A stretch of 64,000 nucleotides of DNA, taken from positions 1 through 64,000 of the forward strand of contig JAXSPP010000009.1 in NCBI GenBank assembly GCA_037927135.1. Direction: 5' to 3'. Each line of letters starts with the position of its first letter. Positions within the stretch are counted from its first letter, which is position 1. The stretch comes from Candidatus Pampinifervens sinense (GTDB lineage: Bacteria > Aquificota > Aquificia > Aquificales > Aquificaceae). A program made the position numbers and the translations under genes. Below, one piece after another: positions 1-7,815 of this stretch. The notes under the pieces are model-generated. The model was not told the origin of the DNA. It did no database searches and was given only the letters and a program-made list of their open reading frames with translations.

Positions 1-126
1 AGCTTTTCAATGCTGGTAGTGGGTGGAGGACTTTAACTTGTGTGCTTGTGTATGTATATGCTTATGCTATTGGATATAGTTATTACAGGAGGGGTGAACT
101 TGAGGTCTAATTTCTCACCCAGCGTA
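1..126 (+). mobile_element. Probable right end of an insertion sequence: transposase-like C-terminus (3-110) followed by a terminal inverted repeat (109-126)
   Basis: Frame open from the window edge (LFNAGSGWRTLTCVLVYVYAYAIGYSYYRRGELEV*) stops directly at AATTTCTCACCCAGCGTA. The reverse complement of this 18-mer recurs with 16/18 identity at 56883-56900. The peptide resembles, from memory, C-termini of Aquificae DDE transposases. Confidence 0.5.
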
Positions 127-226
127 TGCTAAAATATTATACACTTCACTTTGCAATCACCCATGGCTCACCTCCTCCTACCCCCCTTTTTGGGGGGTAA
201 AAAAAAGATGTGTTAAGATTATTTAA

Positions 227-1231
227 ATGCTTCTTCTTGAAAGCATAAAAGGAGAAAGGATACGGCGCTTCCCTGTTTGGCTTATGCGCCAGGCTGGCAG
301 ATACATGCCACAGTATAGAGAACTAAGGGACAAAGAAAAGGACTTTCTGAGCTTTTGCAAAAAGGTGGACCTTGCAGTAAGGGCAAGCTTGCTTCCTTTG
401 GAAATCCTTGGAGTGGATGCCATCATCATCTTTTCAGACATCCTTGTGCCCCTTGAGCCTATGGGTGTGAAGATAAGCTTTGAGGAGGGAGAAGGGCCAG
501 TGCTCTCTTGGGATGGTGATGTTTCTTCTTTGAAAAGGATAAGCTTTTCTCAGGTGGAGTTTGTGGGTGAAATAATAAAGGGAGTAAAAGATCAAGTCAA
601 AGAGGTGCCAGTTATAGGCTTTTGTGGCGCTCCTTTTACTCTGATGGCCTATATGGTGGAAGGCTCTTCTAACAGGGACTTTAGAAGGACAAAGCTTTTT
701 ATGTGGACAAAAAAAGAAGAATACAGAAGGCTTATGAGTTTACTTGTGGAGAACCTTTTGGAGTATTTGAAGGGGCAGATCAAAGCTGGTGCGGACCTAC
801 TTCAGGTCTTTGACAGCTGGGCCATGTACATGCCCTATGAGGACTTTGAGGAATACGCTCAAGGCTATTTGAAAGTTCTCTTTGAAGAGCTTAAAAAATA
901 CTCAGACACACCCATCATATACTTCTATAGAGGCTCTGGCTCCTTTTTAAAGGCCCTTGAGAGCCTTCCTGTAGATGCCATCTCTGTAGACTGGACTGTG
1001 GATATGATTGAGGCCATGAGAAAAAGCTCTAAGGCCTTTCAGGGGAACTTGGATCCTACGGTGCTTTATGCAGATGAAGAGACTATAGTAAGGAAGGTGT
1101 TAGATCTTTTGAGGTGCATTCCAAGGAAGTCTAAGTATATATTCAACTTGGGCCATGGGCTTATGTCCGATATGGACCTAAACAAGGTAAGGCTTTTGGT
1201 GGATACGGTAAAGGGCTACAGGCTCACATGA
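227..1231 (+). CDS. hemE: Uroporphyrinogen decarboxylase
   Basis: PVWLMRQAGRYMPQY, IIFSDILVP, GFCGAPFTL, QGNLDP and IFNLGHG motifs. Confidence 0.97.
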   Translation: MLLLESIKGERIRRFPVWLMRQAGRYMPQYRELRDKEKDFLSFCKKVDLAVRASLLPLEILGVDAIIIFSDILVPLEPMGVKISFEEGEGPVLSWDGDVSSLKRISFSQVEFVGEIIKGVKDQVKEVPVIGFCGAPFTLMAYMVEGSSNRDFRRTKLFMWTKKEEYRRLMSLLVENLLEYLKGQIKAGADLLQVFDSWAMYMPYEDFEEYAQGYLKVLFEELKKYSDTPIIYFYRGSGSFLKALESLPVDAISVDWTVDMIEAMRKSSKAFQGNLDPTVLYADEETIVRKVLDLLRCIPRKSKYIFNLGHGLMSDMDLNKVRLLVDTVKGYRLT

Positions 1232-2349
1232 TAAGGGAAGGGAAGGTGCTTTTGGACCTTGAGCTTCCAGAGGTAGTATCTTCCAAGATGGAAGTCTTTT
1301 ACAACCCCCATATGAGGGAAAACAGGGACATAAGCCTTTTGATACTTTTGAGCCTGCCATACCAAGATGTAAGGATCTGTGATCCAATGGGAGCAAGCGG
1401 TGTAAGGCTTCTTAGAATGCTTTTGGAGACAAACAAGGTAAAGCTGGCAGTTTATAACGATATTAGTCCAAAGGCTGTGGAGTTCTTTAGAGGGCTCATA
1501 AGGAGCCATGGAGTTGAAGAGGAAAGAGTGGAGATATACCAAGAGGATGCCTGTATGCTCTTAAGAAAGTTAAGAAATTTTCACTATGTGGATATTGACC
1601 CCTTTGGATCCCCCGTGCCCTTTTTGGAAAGCGGTATACTCCCAGTGGCAAGGTATGGCATCCTGGCCATAACGGCCACAGACACATCAGTCCTCTCTGG
1701 CACCTACCCTAGCACATGCATAAGAAGGTATGCCTCCAAGCCTTTGCTTTCTGCCGAGTTTTACCATGAGGTGGGCATAAGGATACTCATAAAGAAGGTC
1801 ATAGAAGAGGGTGCAAAGCTTGACTATGCTCTGAGGCCCATATTCTCTTACTCTTATAGGCACTACTTTAGGGTCTTTTTCCAAAAGGACATAGGGCCCA
1901 AAAGGGCGGACAAGCTTTTGAAAAGGATAGGCTATTTACTTTATTGTGATGGTTGCCTATACAGAGAAGGTGTAGGTCTTGAATCTTTAAAGGATAGGTG
2001 TCCACATTGTGGCAAGAGGCTCCTTTGGGCTGGACCTCTCTGGCTTGGAGAGCTTTGGGACAAGGACCTTGTGGAAAATCTGTGGCAAATACGGGGGATG
2101 GTGGAGATATCCAAGGAAACAAACAAGCTTCTTAAGATAATAAGGGAGGAGTCTAAAATAAACAGCCTTGGCTTTTACACCATATCTTCAATGGCTAGGG
2201 CCTTTAGGCTTGGCCAGCCTCCACCCATAGAAAGGTTTTTGAAGGTCTTTGAGGGCGTGAGAACCCATTACACGGGAGAGGGCTTTAGAACAGCGCTTCC
2301 TCATGATGAGGTACTAAGGAGGGTCCATGAGCTACTACAAAGAGCTTAG
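1228..2349 (+). CDS. trm1: tRNA (guanine-26/27 N2)-dimethyltransferase, archaeal type
   Basis: VFYNPHMRENRD, SAM motif DPMGASGVR, DIDPFGSP, TATD, two CxxC pairs, GPLWLGEL. Confidence 0.95.
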   Translation: MIREGKVLLDLELPEVVSSKMEVFYNPHMRENRDISLLILLSLPYQDVRICDPMGASGVRLLRMLLETNKVKLAVYNDISPKAVEFFRGLIRSHGVEEERVEIYQEDACMLLRKLRNFHYVDIDPFGSPVPFLESGILPVARYGILAITATDTSVLSGTYPSTCIRRYASKPLLSAEFYHEVGIRILIKKVIEEGAKLDYALRPIFSYSYRHYFRVFFQKDIGPKRADKLLKRIGYLLYCDGCLYREGVGLESLKDRCPHCGKRLLWAGPLWLGELWDKDLVENLWQIRGMVEISKETNKLLKIIREESKINSLGFYTISSMARAFRLGQPPPIERFLKVFEGVRTHYTGEGFRTALPHDEVLRRVHELLQRA

Positions 2350-2860
2350 GGATTTTATACTAAAGATAAAGGGAGACTTTTTCCTTTCACCAAGGGACGC
2401 ATGGTTTTTAAAGTTCTTGGAGGAAGAAGGCTATCCATTGCCAGCGGTAAAGGAAGGCATAAAAAGGTTTTTCCTCTATTATCCTCCAGAGAAGAGGTCC
2501 AAGCTTCCCCTCTTTATGAGCTTTGAAGAGATAAAAAAAAGAAGGCAGAAGGCTATAAAAAGGCATTCGCAAGGTTGGAAGGAAAAGTTCTACCAGAGGC
2601 TTGAGCTTGCCAAAAGGTTCTTAGGAGAAAGTATTACCTACCAAGAGCCAAAGGATCAAGCACAGGCCGAGGAGATACTCCTAGGCTTGGAAAACAAAAT
2701 AGCCCAAAAGCTCTATGATTCACTTAGCAAGGAAGAAAAGATAAGCCTTATGAGGAAATTTTCAGTTTTTAAGGAAAACAAGGAACTTCTAAAGGCTATG
2801 ATAAAGAGGGAATTATTCAAAAGGGTAGGCCTAAAGGGCCTTTCCCTATTCTTGGACTGA
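2327..2860 (+). CDS. Hypothetical basic helical protein, possible DnaD/DnaB_2-like N-terminal domain
   Basis: 177-aa ORF overlapping the trm1 end, GGAGGG SD, host-like codons; LSPRD...YPLPAVKEGI pattern. Confidence 0.6.
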   Translation: MSYYKELRDFILKIKGDFFLSPRDAWFLKFLEEEGYPLPAVKEGIKRFFLYYPPEKRSKLPLFMSFEEIKKRRQKAIKRHSQGWKEKFYQRLELAKRFLGESITYQEPKDQAQAEEILLGLENKIAQKLYDSLSKEEKISLMRKFSVFKENKELLKAMIKRELFKRVGLKGLSLFLD

Positions 2861-2865
2861 TTCCA

Positions 2866-3120
2866 GGGTGTTTCAAAAATAGCCTGTGCTTTAACACAGA
2901 CTACCGCCCCTACCCCCTGCAGTAGGAGCTCGTGCCCATATCGGGTCTCCCCACAAGCCCCGAAAGAGAATATCTTTCAGGACAGAGAGGTCCCTAAGGA
3001 CCCTCTCAGGGGAGAGTGCGGTTAGCACCACTACCTTGAGAACTCGCCATGGATTTAGAGTATCCCCGCTTGTTCCATCCAGAGGCTGGGATACCCTCCA
3101 TGGCTCACTCCCAAGGCTTA
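2866..3120 (-). ncRNA. Putative omega-RNA (TnpB guide scaffold) overlapping the tnpB 3' end
   Basis: Abrupt GC-rich segment at the end of an AT-rich gene. Hairpins at 3047-3103, 2984-3007, 2960-2980, 2906-2929 and 2878-2905 include G-U pairs that favour the minus strand. Confidence 0.65.
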
Positions 3121-4354
3121 AAGACTTTATCAAAGCTTCTATTTCCTTTATGTGCTTAGCTTTCAAATAGACATTCTTTACCTTCTCTTTCACATACTCT
3201 TTTAATTCCCTTAACTCCTCTACGCTTAACTTTTTAAGAAGCCCCATATAGTTCTTTGGGATCTTTTCTTTTAATCCTAAGCCCCTTCTTGCTATCACAT
3301 AGGCAGAAGCTACATCCTTACTTACCATGTATTGTGGTGCATACTTTAACATGCCTATGATAGATGTGTAGGCTGGATTTACTTCTATCACTTCTATGCC
3401 ATTTCTTTTTGCAAGTAGTTTTATCCTCTCTAAGAGCTTTCTATAAGCAAAGTTATGCTGTATTCTTCTTACCTTCCTTCCAGAACAGTCCCCTCTTTTG
3501 TTTTTCTTCATTTTTAACTTCTCTATCACTATAGCCTTTCCCTTCTCTTTGGCTAAGCTTATAACCTTATGTGCGTATATCCATGTGTAATAGTCTCTCT
3601 TATTGCTATTGCCACTTCCTAGTTCTGGCATTGGCAACTCACCATAGCTTAAGAGATTTCCACATTCATCTGTTTCTGCCCAAGCTATGTGGTTTGGATA
3701 GGCGTTTAAATCTATGCCTATTACTCCATAATCCTTTGTAATCTCTACCTCTGGATATTCTTCCTCTATAGTGAAGTAGGCATAGATGTTGCCATCTCTT
3801 AGCTTTAGCTCCACTGTATAAGCCTTCCCAGAAAAGGCTAATTCTTTAATCTTCTCTATCCTCTCCCCCGCACTTATCAAGGCATATACATACTGCCTTT
3901 CTCCTGTGTTTATCCTAAGATATGTTCCATTCTCTCTTACCTCTATCCTTGTGTTTTGATTACCTTTTGAGTGTTTTTGTCCTATGGAATAGAGATTGCC
4001 TTTTCTTCTCTCTTGGAATTGGTTTTTTAATCTTTGATAGTCTTTCCCGTTTATATGTCTTTTTTGCAGTTTTCTAAAAATATCCTTTCCACCAAAGATG
4101 ACCTTCCTTAAGCTTTCTCCTTTCTCTTTTCTTACTTTCATCAAGGCTTGAGCTTTAACAATGGCTGAGTGTGAATATCTGGCATTTAGTCCAAACACAT
4201 TTTGAATTAACTTTCTTAAAGTGTTTATTTCCATGCCTTCCAAAAGTCTTTTGTAGGCATATCTCATAGCTGAAGACCATCTTCTCATAAGGTCTACAAC
4301 TCTCTCTTTGCCATGATGGTTTGACAATAAAAGCTTAGCGCTTATTGTTATCAT
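2891..4354 (-). CDS. tnpB: IS200/IS605/IS607-type TnpB-related RNA-guided endonuclease (no adjacent transposase)
   Basis: RuvC-I GIDLN (D215), RuvC-II VIEKL (E278), EVNPAYTS, RuvC-III SKDVASAYVIARRG (D347); N-terminal SSAMRYAYKRL; AT-rich relative to flanks. Confidence 0.9.
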   Translation of the reverse strand: MITISAKLLLSNHHGKERVVDLMRRWSSAMRYAYKRLLEGMEINTLRKLIQNVFGLNARYSHSAIVKAQALMKVRKEKGESLRKVIFGGKDIFRKLQKRHINGKDYQRLKNQFQERRKGNLYSIGQKHSKGNQNTRIEVRENGTYLRINTGERQYVYALISAGERIEKIKELAFSGKAYTVELKLRDGNIYAYFTIEEEYPEVEITKDYGVIGIDLNAYPNHIAWAETDECGNLLSYGELPMPELGSGNSNKRDYYTWIYAHKVISLAKEKGKAIVIEKLKMKKNKRGDCSGRKVRRIQHNFAYRKLLERIKLLAKRNGIEVIEVNPAYTSIIGMLKYAPQYMVSKDVASAYVIARRGLGLKEKIPKNYMGLLKKLSVEELRELKEYVKEKVKNVYLKAKHIKEIEALIKSLSLGSEPWRVSQPLDGTSGDTLNPWRVLKVVVLTALSPERVLRDLSVLKDILFRGLWGDPIWARAPTAGGRGGSLC

Positions 4355-4379
4355 CTTCTGTTATTTTAACATAACCGGT

Positions 4380-5855
4380 CTAGACTGACTCTGCCATGCT
4401 TATGGCCTTCATGAGGGCCTTTGCCTTGTTTACCGTCTCCCACCACTCTTTTTCTGGGTCCGAGTCGGCCACAATGCCAGCTCCAGCCTGCACAAAGACT
4501 TCATTTCCAAGGACCAGTGCAGTCCTTATGGCTATGGCCATGTCCATATTTCCATCAAAGGATATGTAGCCAACCGCACCCGCATATATGCCCCTTCTTT
4601 GATTTTCAAGCTCCTCTATTATCTGCATGGCTCTTACCTTTGGAGCTCCAGAGACGGTACCAGCGGGAAAAAGGGCCTTTAGCACATCCACCGCAGAAAG
4701 CCCCTCCTTTAGCTCACCTACCACATCGCTCACCATATGCATCACATGGGAGTACCTTTCCACCCTCATAAAACCTTCTACCTTTACGCTTCCTGGCTTA
4801 CTAACCCTTCCTACATCGTTCCTGGCAAGGTCCACAAGCATAAGATGTTCCGCTCTTTCTTTTTCATCGGCCAAAAGGTCCTTCTCAAGCTCCAAATCTT
4901 CTTCTTCGGTGAGTCCCCTTTTCCTTGTGCCCGCTATAGGCCTTGTTTCAATCCTTTTCCCTTCAAGCCTTACGAGCACCTCAGGGGAGGAGCCTATAAC
5001 TTTTAGGTCTCCAAGGTCCATGTAGTACATGTAGGGTGAAGGGTTTAAATACCTCAAGGATCTGTATATACTCTCAGGCTTTCCAGAAAAGTCCTTTTTA
5101 AAGCTTTGGGATAGCACCACCTGCACCACATCACCTTGGGCTATGTATTCCTTTGCCCTTTTGACTATGCTTAAAAATTCTTCCTTTGTAAAGTTGGAGC
5201 TCCATTCCTTTAGGTCTGGCTCCCTGCTTGGAAAGTGTATGGGATAAACACAGCTTTTGAAGATCCTCTCCTTTATACCTTCCATCATTCTCTTTGTCCT
5301 CTCATACTCTTCTTTTATGTTCCTCTCCCCATGGAGTGGTACTACTATACGTAGGCTACCACTCAAATTGTCATGCACCACCACAAGGTCGCTCATGAGC
5401 ATAAAAAGGTCAAAGACATTCAAAGGGTCAGGATTTTTGTCCTCTATGGGTTCATAGCACTTGATTATGTCGTAGCCCACATAACCCACCATACCACCCC
5501 AAAACCTCGGAAGCCTTGGATCTTTGTAGGGTCTGAAGGCCTTAAGAAGATCCTCAACGGGCTTTAAAGGATCCCTCTCTTCAAAGAGCTTTACCCTTCC
5601 CCTGTCGTATATGCAACCTATACCCCTTTTCCATGCATAGTAGAATCCAGAGGAGAGCACTATGAAGGAATATCTGCCCCACTTTATGCCCCCCTCTGCG
5701 CTCTCAAGAAGGAGGCTATACCTCCATCCGTCCTTCAACTTAAGATAGAGGGATAGAGGAGTTTCTGTATCCGCCATAAACTCTGCAAAGACAGGTATAA
5801 GGTTGTAATCCTTTGAAAGGGCCTCCACCTCTTCTATGCTAAGGCTTAACTTCAT
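4380..5855 (-). CDS. trpE: Anthranilate synthase component I
   Basis: LLESAEGG..WGRYSF, NPSPYMY, GSSPE, RPIAGT, EHLMLVDLARND, FPAGTVSGAPK, QAGAGIVADS. Confidence 0.95.
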   Translation of the reverse strand: MKLSLSIEEVEALSKDYNLIPVFAEFMADTETPLSLYLKLKDGWRYSLLLESAEGGIKWGRYSFIVLSSGFYYAWKRGIGCIYDRGRVKLFEERDPLKPVEDLLKAFRPYKDPRLPRFWGGMVGYVGYDIIKCYEPIEDKNPDPLNVFDLFMLMSDLVVVHDNLSGSLRIVVPLHGERNIKEEYERTKRMMEGIKERIFKSCVYPIHFPSREPDLKEWSSNFTKEEFLSIVKRAKEYIAQGDVVQVVLSQSFKKDFSGKPESIYRSLRYLNPSPYMYYMDLGDLKVIGSSPEVLVRLEGKRIETRPIAGTRKRGLTEEEDLELEKDLLADEKERAEHLMLVDLARNDVGRVSKPGSVKVEGFMRVERYSHVMHMVSDVVGELKEGLSAVDVLKALFPAGTVSGAPKVRAMQIIEELENQRRGIYAGAVGYISFDGNMDMAIAIRTALVLGNEVFVQAGAGIVADSDPEKEWWETVNKAKALMKAISMAESV

Positions 5856-5921
5856 GCTATATCATGTTAACACAGTAGAATCAAAATAGGTAGGCAAAGC
5901 CTACTGAAATTTTTTTACCCC

Positions 5922-5950
5922 TTGACAAATGAAAAAAATTTGCATATAAT
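5922..5950 (+). promoter_or_regulatory. Perfect-consensus sigma70 promoter upstream of rubrerythrin
   Basis: TTGACA (5922-5927), 17 nt, TATAAT (5945-5950). Confidence 0.85.
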
Positions 5951-5986
5951 ATGTATTAACTAAAAACCTAAAAGGAGGTGAAGGCC

Positions 5987-6424
5987 ATGAGCAAGAGCTT
6001 GCAAGGCACCAAGACCCTAGAGAACCTTCTGCATGCCTTTGCTGGCGAGTCTCAAGCCAACAGAAGATACCTTTACTTTGCCAGGAAGGCAGACATTGAG
6101 GGCTACCCAGACATAGCCAACATATTCAGGGAAACAGCAGAAGGTGAAACTGGACACGCCTTTGGACACTTGGAGTTCCTTGAGAAGTATGGCGGTGGAG
6201 ACCCAGCTACCAAGATGCCCATAGGAACTATAGAGCAGAACCTCCAGGCTGCCATAGCTGGAGAAACCTATGAGTACACCGAGATGTACCCAGGCTTTGC
6301 AAAGGTGGCAAGAGAAGAAGGCTTTGAGGACATAGCCGAATGGTTTGAGACCCTCGCTAGGGCAGAAAAGTCCCATGCAGGAAGGTTCCAGAAGGCTCTT
6401 GAATCTCTAAAGAGCTCCACATAA
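5987..6424 (+). CDS. Short rubrerythrin (no rubredoxin domain; ferriperoxin/aerobic type)
   Basis: [29 protein letters not shown] diiron motifs; AGGAGGT SD before ATG 5987. Confidence 0.93.
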   Translation: MSKSLQGTKTLENLLHAFAGESQANRRYLYFARKADIEGYPDIANIFRETAEGETGHAFGHLEFLEKYGGGDPATKMPIGTIEQNLQAAIAGETYEYTEMYPGFAKVAREEGFEDIAEWFETLARAEKSHAGRFQKALESLKSST

Positions 6425-6439
6425 CCTTTTGATCCTTTA

Positions 6440-6454
6440 GGGGGCTTTGCCCCC
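6440..6454 (+). repeat. GC hairpin GGGGGC-TTT-GCCCCC after rubrerythrin (identical copy at 41953-41967 on the minus strand)
   Basis: Perfect 6-bp stem; no clean U-tract follows. Confidence 0.6.
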
Positions 6455-6483
6455 ACCCTTAATTAATTAAAAAGGAGGGGATT

Positions 6484-7773
6484 ATGAACGAACTCGCCAT
6501 AGGTGGTGTAAAAGACTTTGAATTCAATATAAAGGATCCAAACTTTTTAAATGAAGAGGCCCTATGGGAAGAGGCAAAGAGGGTCTTCTCCAAATGCAAA
6601 GACTGTAGGATGTGCGTTACCTACTGTCCCTCCTTTCCAACACTCTTTGATGCGGTAGACAGACACAACGATGATATTGAGAAGCTTTCAAAGGAAGAGC
6701 TAGCCCTACCCCTAGAGCTATGCTTTCATTGCAAACAGTGCTACTTTAAATGCCCTTATACACCACCCCACGAGTGGAGGATAGACTTCCCCCACCTCTC
6801 TTTGAGGTATAAAGTATGGAAGTTCAAAAACAAAGGAGCAAGGATAACGGATAAGCTAATATTGAACACAGATTTGGTAGGTAAACTCTCCGTTCCCTTT
6901 GCTCCCATCGTGAATAAACTAAACAACACACCCACCTTCCGGGTGATTATGGAAAGCTTTATGGGCATTGACAGGAGGGCAAAGCTCCCACCCATTAACT
7001 CAGAGACCTTTGTAAGCTGGTTTAAAAAGAACAGAAAGCCGGTAAAGGGTGAGAATGGTAAGGTGGCCCTCTTTTACACATGCCTTTTAAATTACAACTA
7101 CTTAGAGAGGGGAAAGGCCCTTGTAAAAGTCTTTGAGAAGAACGACATATACATAGAGCTTCCAGAACAGCAGTGCTGTGGCATACCCTTCTTTGACATA
7201 GGAGACTTGGACTCCGCTATAGAAAAGGCAAAGTATAATGTGGAGAGGCTAAAGGAGTATGTAAAGGCTGGCTTTGATATTGTGGTGCCCGTGCCCACAT
7301 GCGCCCTTCAGATAAAATATGAATACCCCCTTTTACTACCCGATGACCCAGACGTTAAACTGGTCTCCAAAAAGGTTTACGATGTGCACGAATACCTCTT
7401 TAGGCTCCATCAAGAGGGCAAGTTCAACAAGGACTTTAAGCATTCTGTGGGAAGCATAGCCTACCATATACCCTGCCACCTTAAATCCCTAAACGTAGGC
7501 TACAGGGCTGTGGCCCTCATGAGGCTAATACCAAACACAAAGATTCAGATAATAGAGAGATGCTCTGGACATGATGGCACCTTTGGTGTGAGAAAGGAAA
7601 CCTTTGACATGTCTATAAAGGTAGGATCAAGGCTCTTTGAAGATATGAAAAGCTCCGGTGCAGACCTCTTTGTGTCCGACTGTCCACTTTCGAGCAACCA
7701 TATAGAGCTGGCAACGGGCAAAAGGGTCTATCATCCACTTGAGGTGCTTGCAATGGCTTATGGAGAGGATTGA
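6484..7773 (+). CDS. Fe-S oxidoreductase with 2x[4Fe-4S] and CCG domains (GlpC/HdrD-like; rubrerythrin-associated)
   Basis: CKDCRMCVTYCP, CFHCKQCYFKCP, QCCG, YHIPCH, RCSG, SDCPL. Confidence 0.88.
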   Translation: MNELAIGGVKDFEFNIKDPNFLNEEALWEEAKRVFSKCKDCRMCVTYCPSFPTLFDAVDRHNDDIEKLSKEELALPLELCFHCKQCYFKCPYTPPHEWRIDFPHLSLRYKVWKFKNKGARITDKLILNTDLVGKLSVPFAPIVNKLNNTPTFRVIMESFMGIDRRAKLPPINSETFVSWFKKNRKPVKGENGKVALFYTCLLNYNYLERGKALVKVFEKNDIYIELPEQQCCGIPFFDIGDLDSAIEKAKYNVERLKEYVKAGFDIVVPVPTCALQIKYEYPLLLPDDPDVKLVSKKVYDVHEYLFRLHQEGKFNKDFKHSVGSIAYHIPCHLKSLNVGYRAVALMRLIPNTKIQIIERCSGHDGTFGVRKETFDMSIKVGSRLFEDMKSSGADLFVSDCPLSSNHIELATGKRVYHPLEVLAMAYGED

Positions 7774-7815
7774 CGAGTTTATTCAATAACCCCTTAATGC
7801 CTTTAAATATTTCTT

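Noticed and set aside
179-207. Intrinsic terminator
   Set aside because: The hairpin is followed by an A run on the plus strand and preceded by the T run on the minus strand, so it fits neither orientation cleanly; kept only as part of the sRNA candidate.
2861-2900. CRISPR array next to tnpB, suggested by TTGAAAC
   Set aside because: Only one copy; no repeat-spacer periodicity seen here or elsewhere in the window.
2891-4354. Nuclease-dead TnpB repressor (TldR-like)
   Set aside because: All three RuvC acidic residues appear intact.
7771-7815. Selenocysteine readthrough of the Fe-S oxidoreductase TGA, or selC beside selB
   Set aside because: The TGA is at the natural family C-terminus, no SECIS-like hairpin follows, and the spacer is too short and AT-rich for a tRNA. 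No in-frame Sec UGA was noticed in bcp, osmC or other redox genes.
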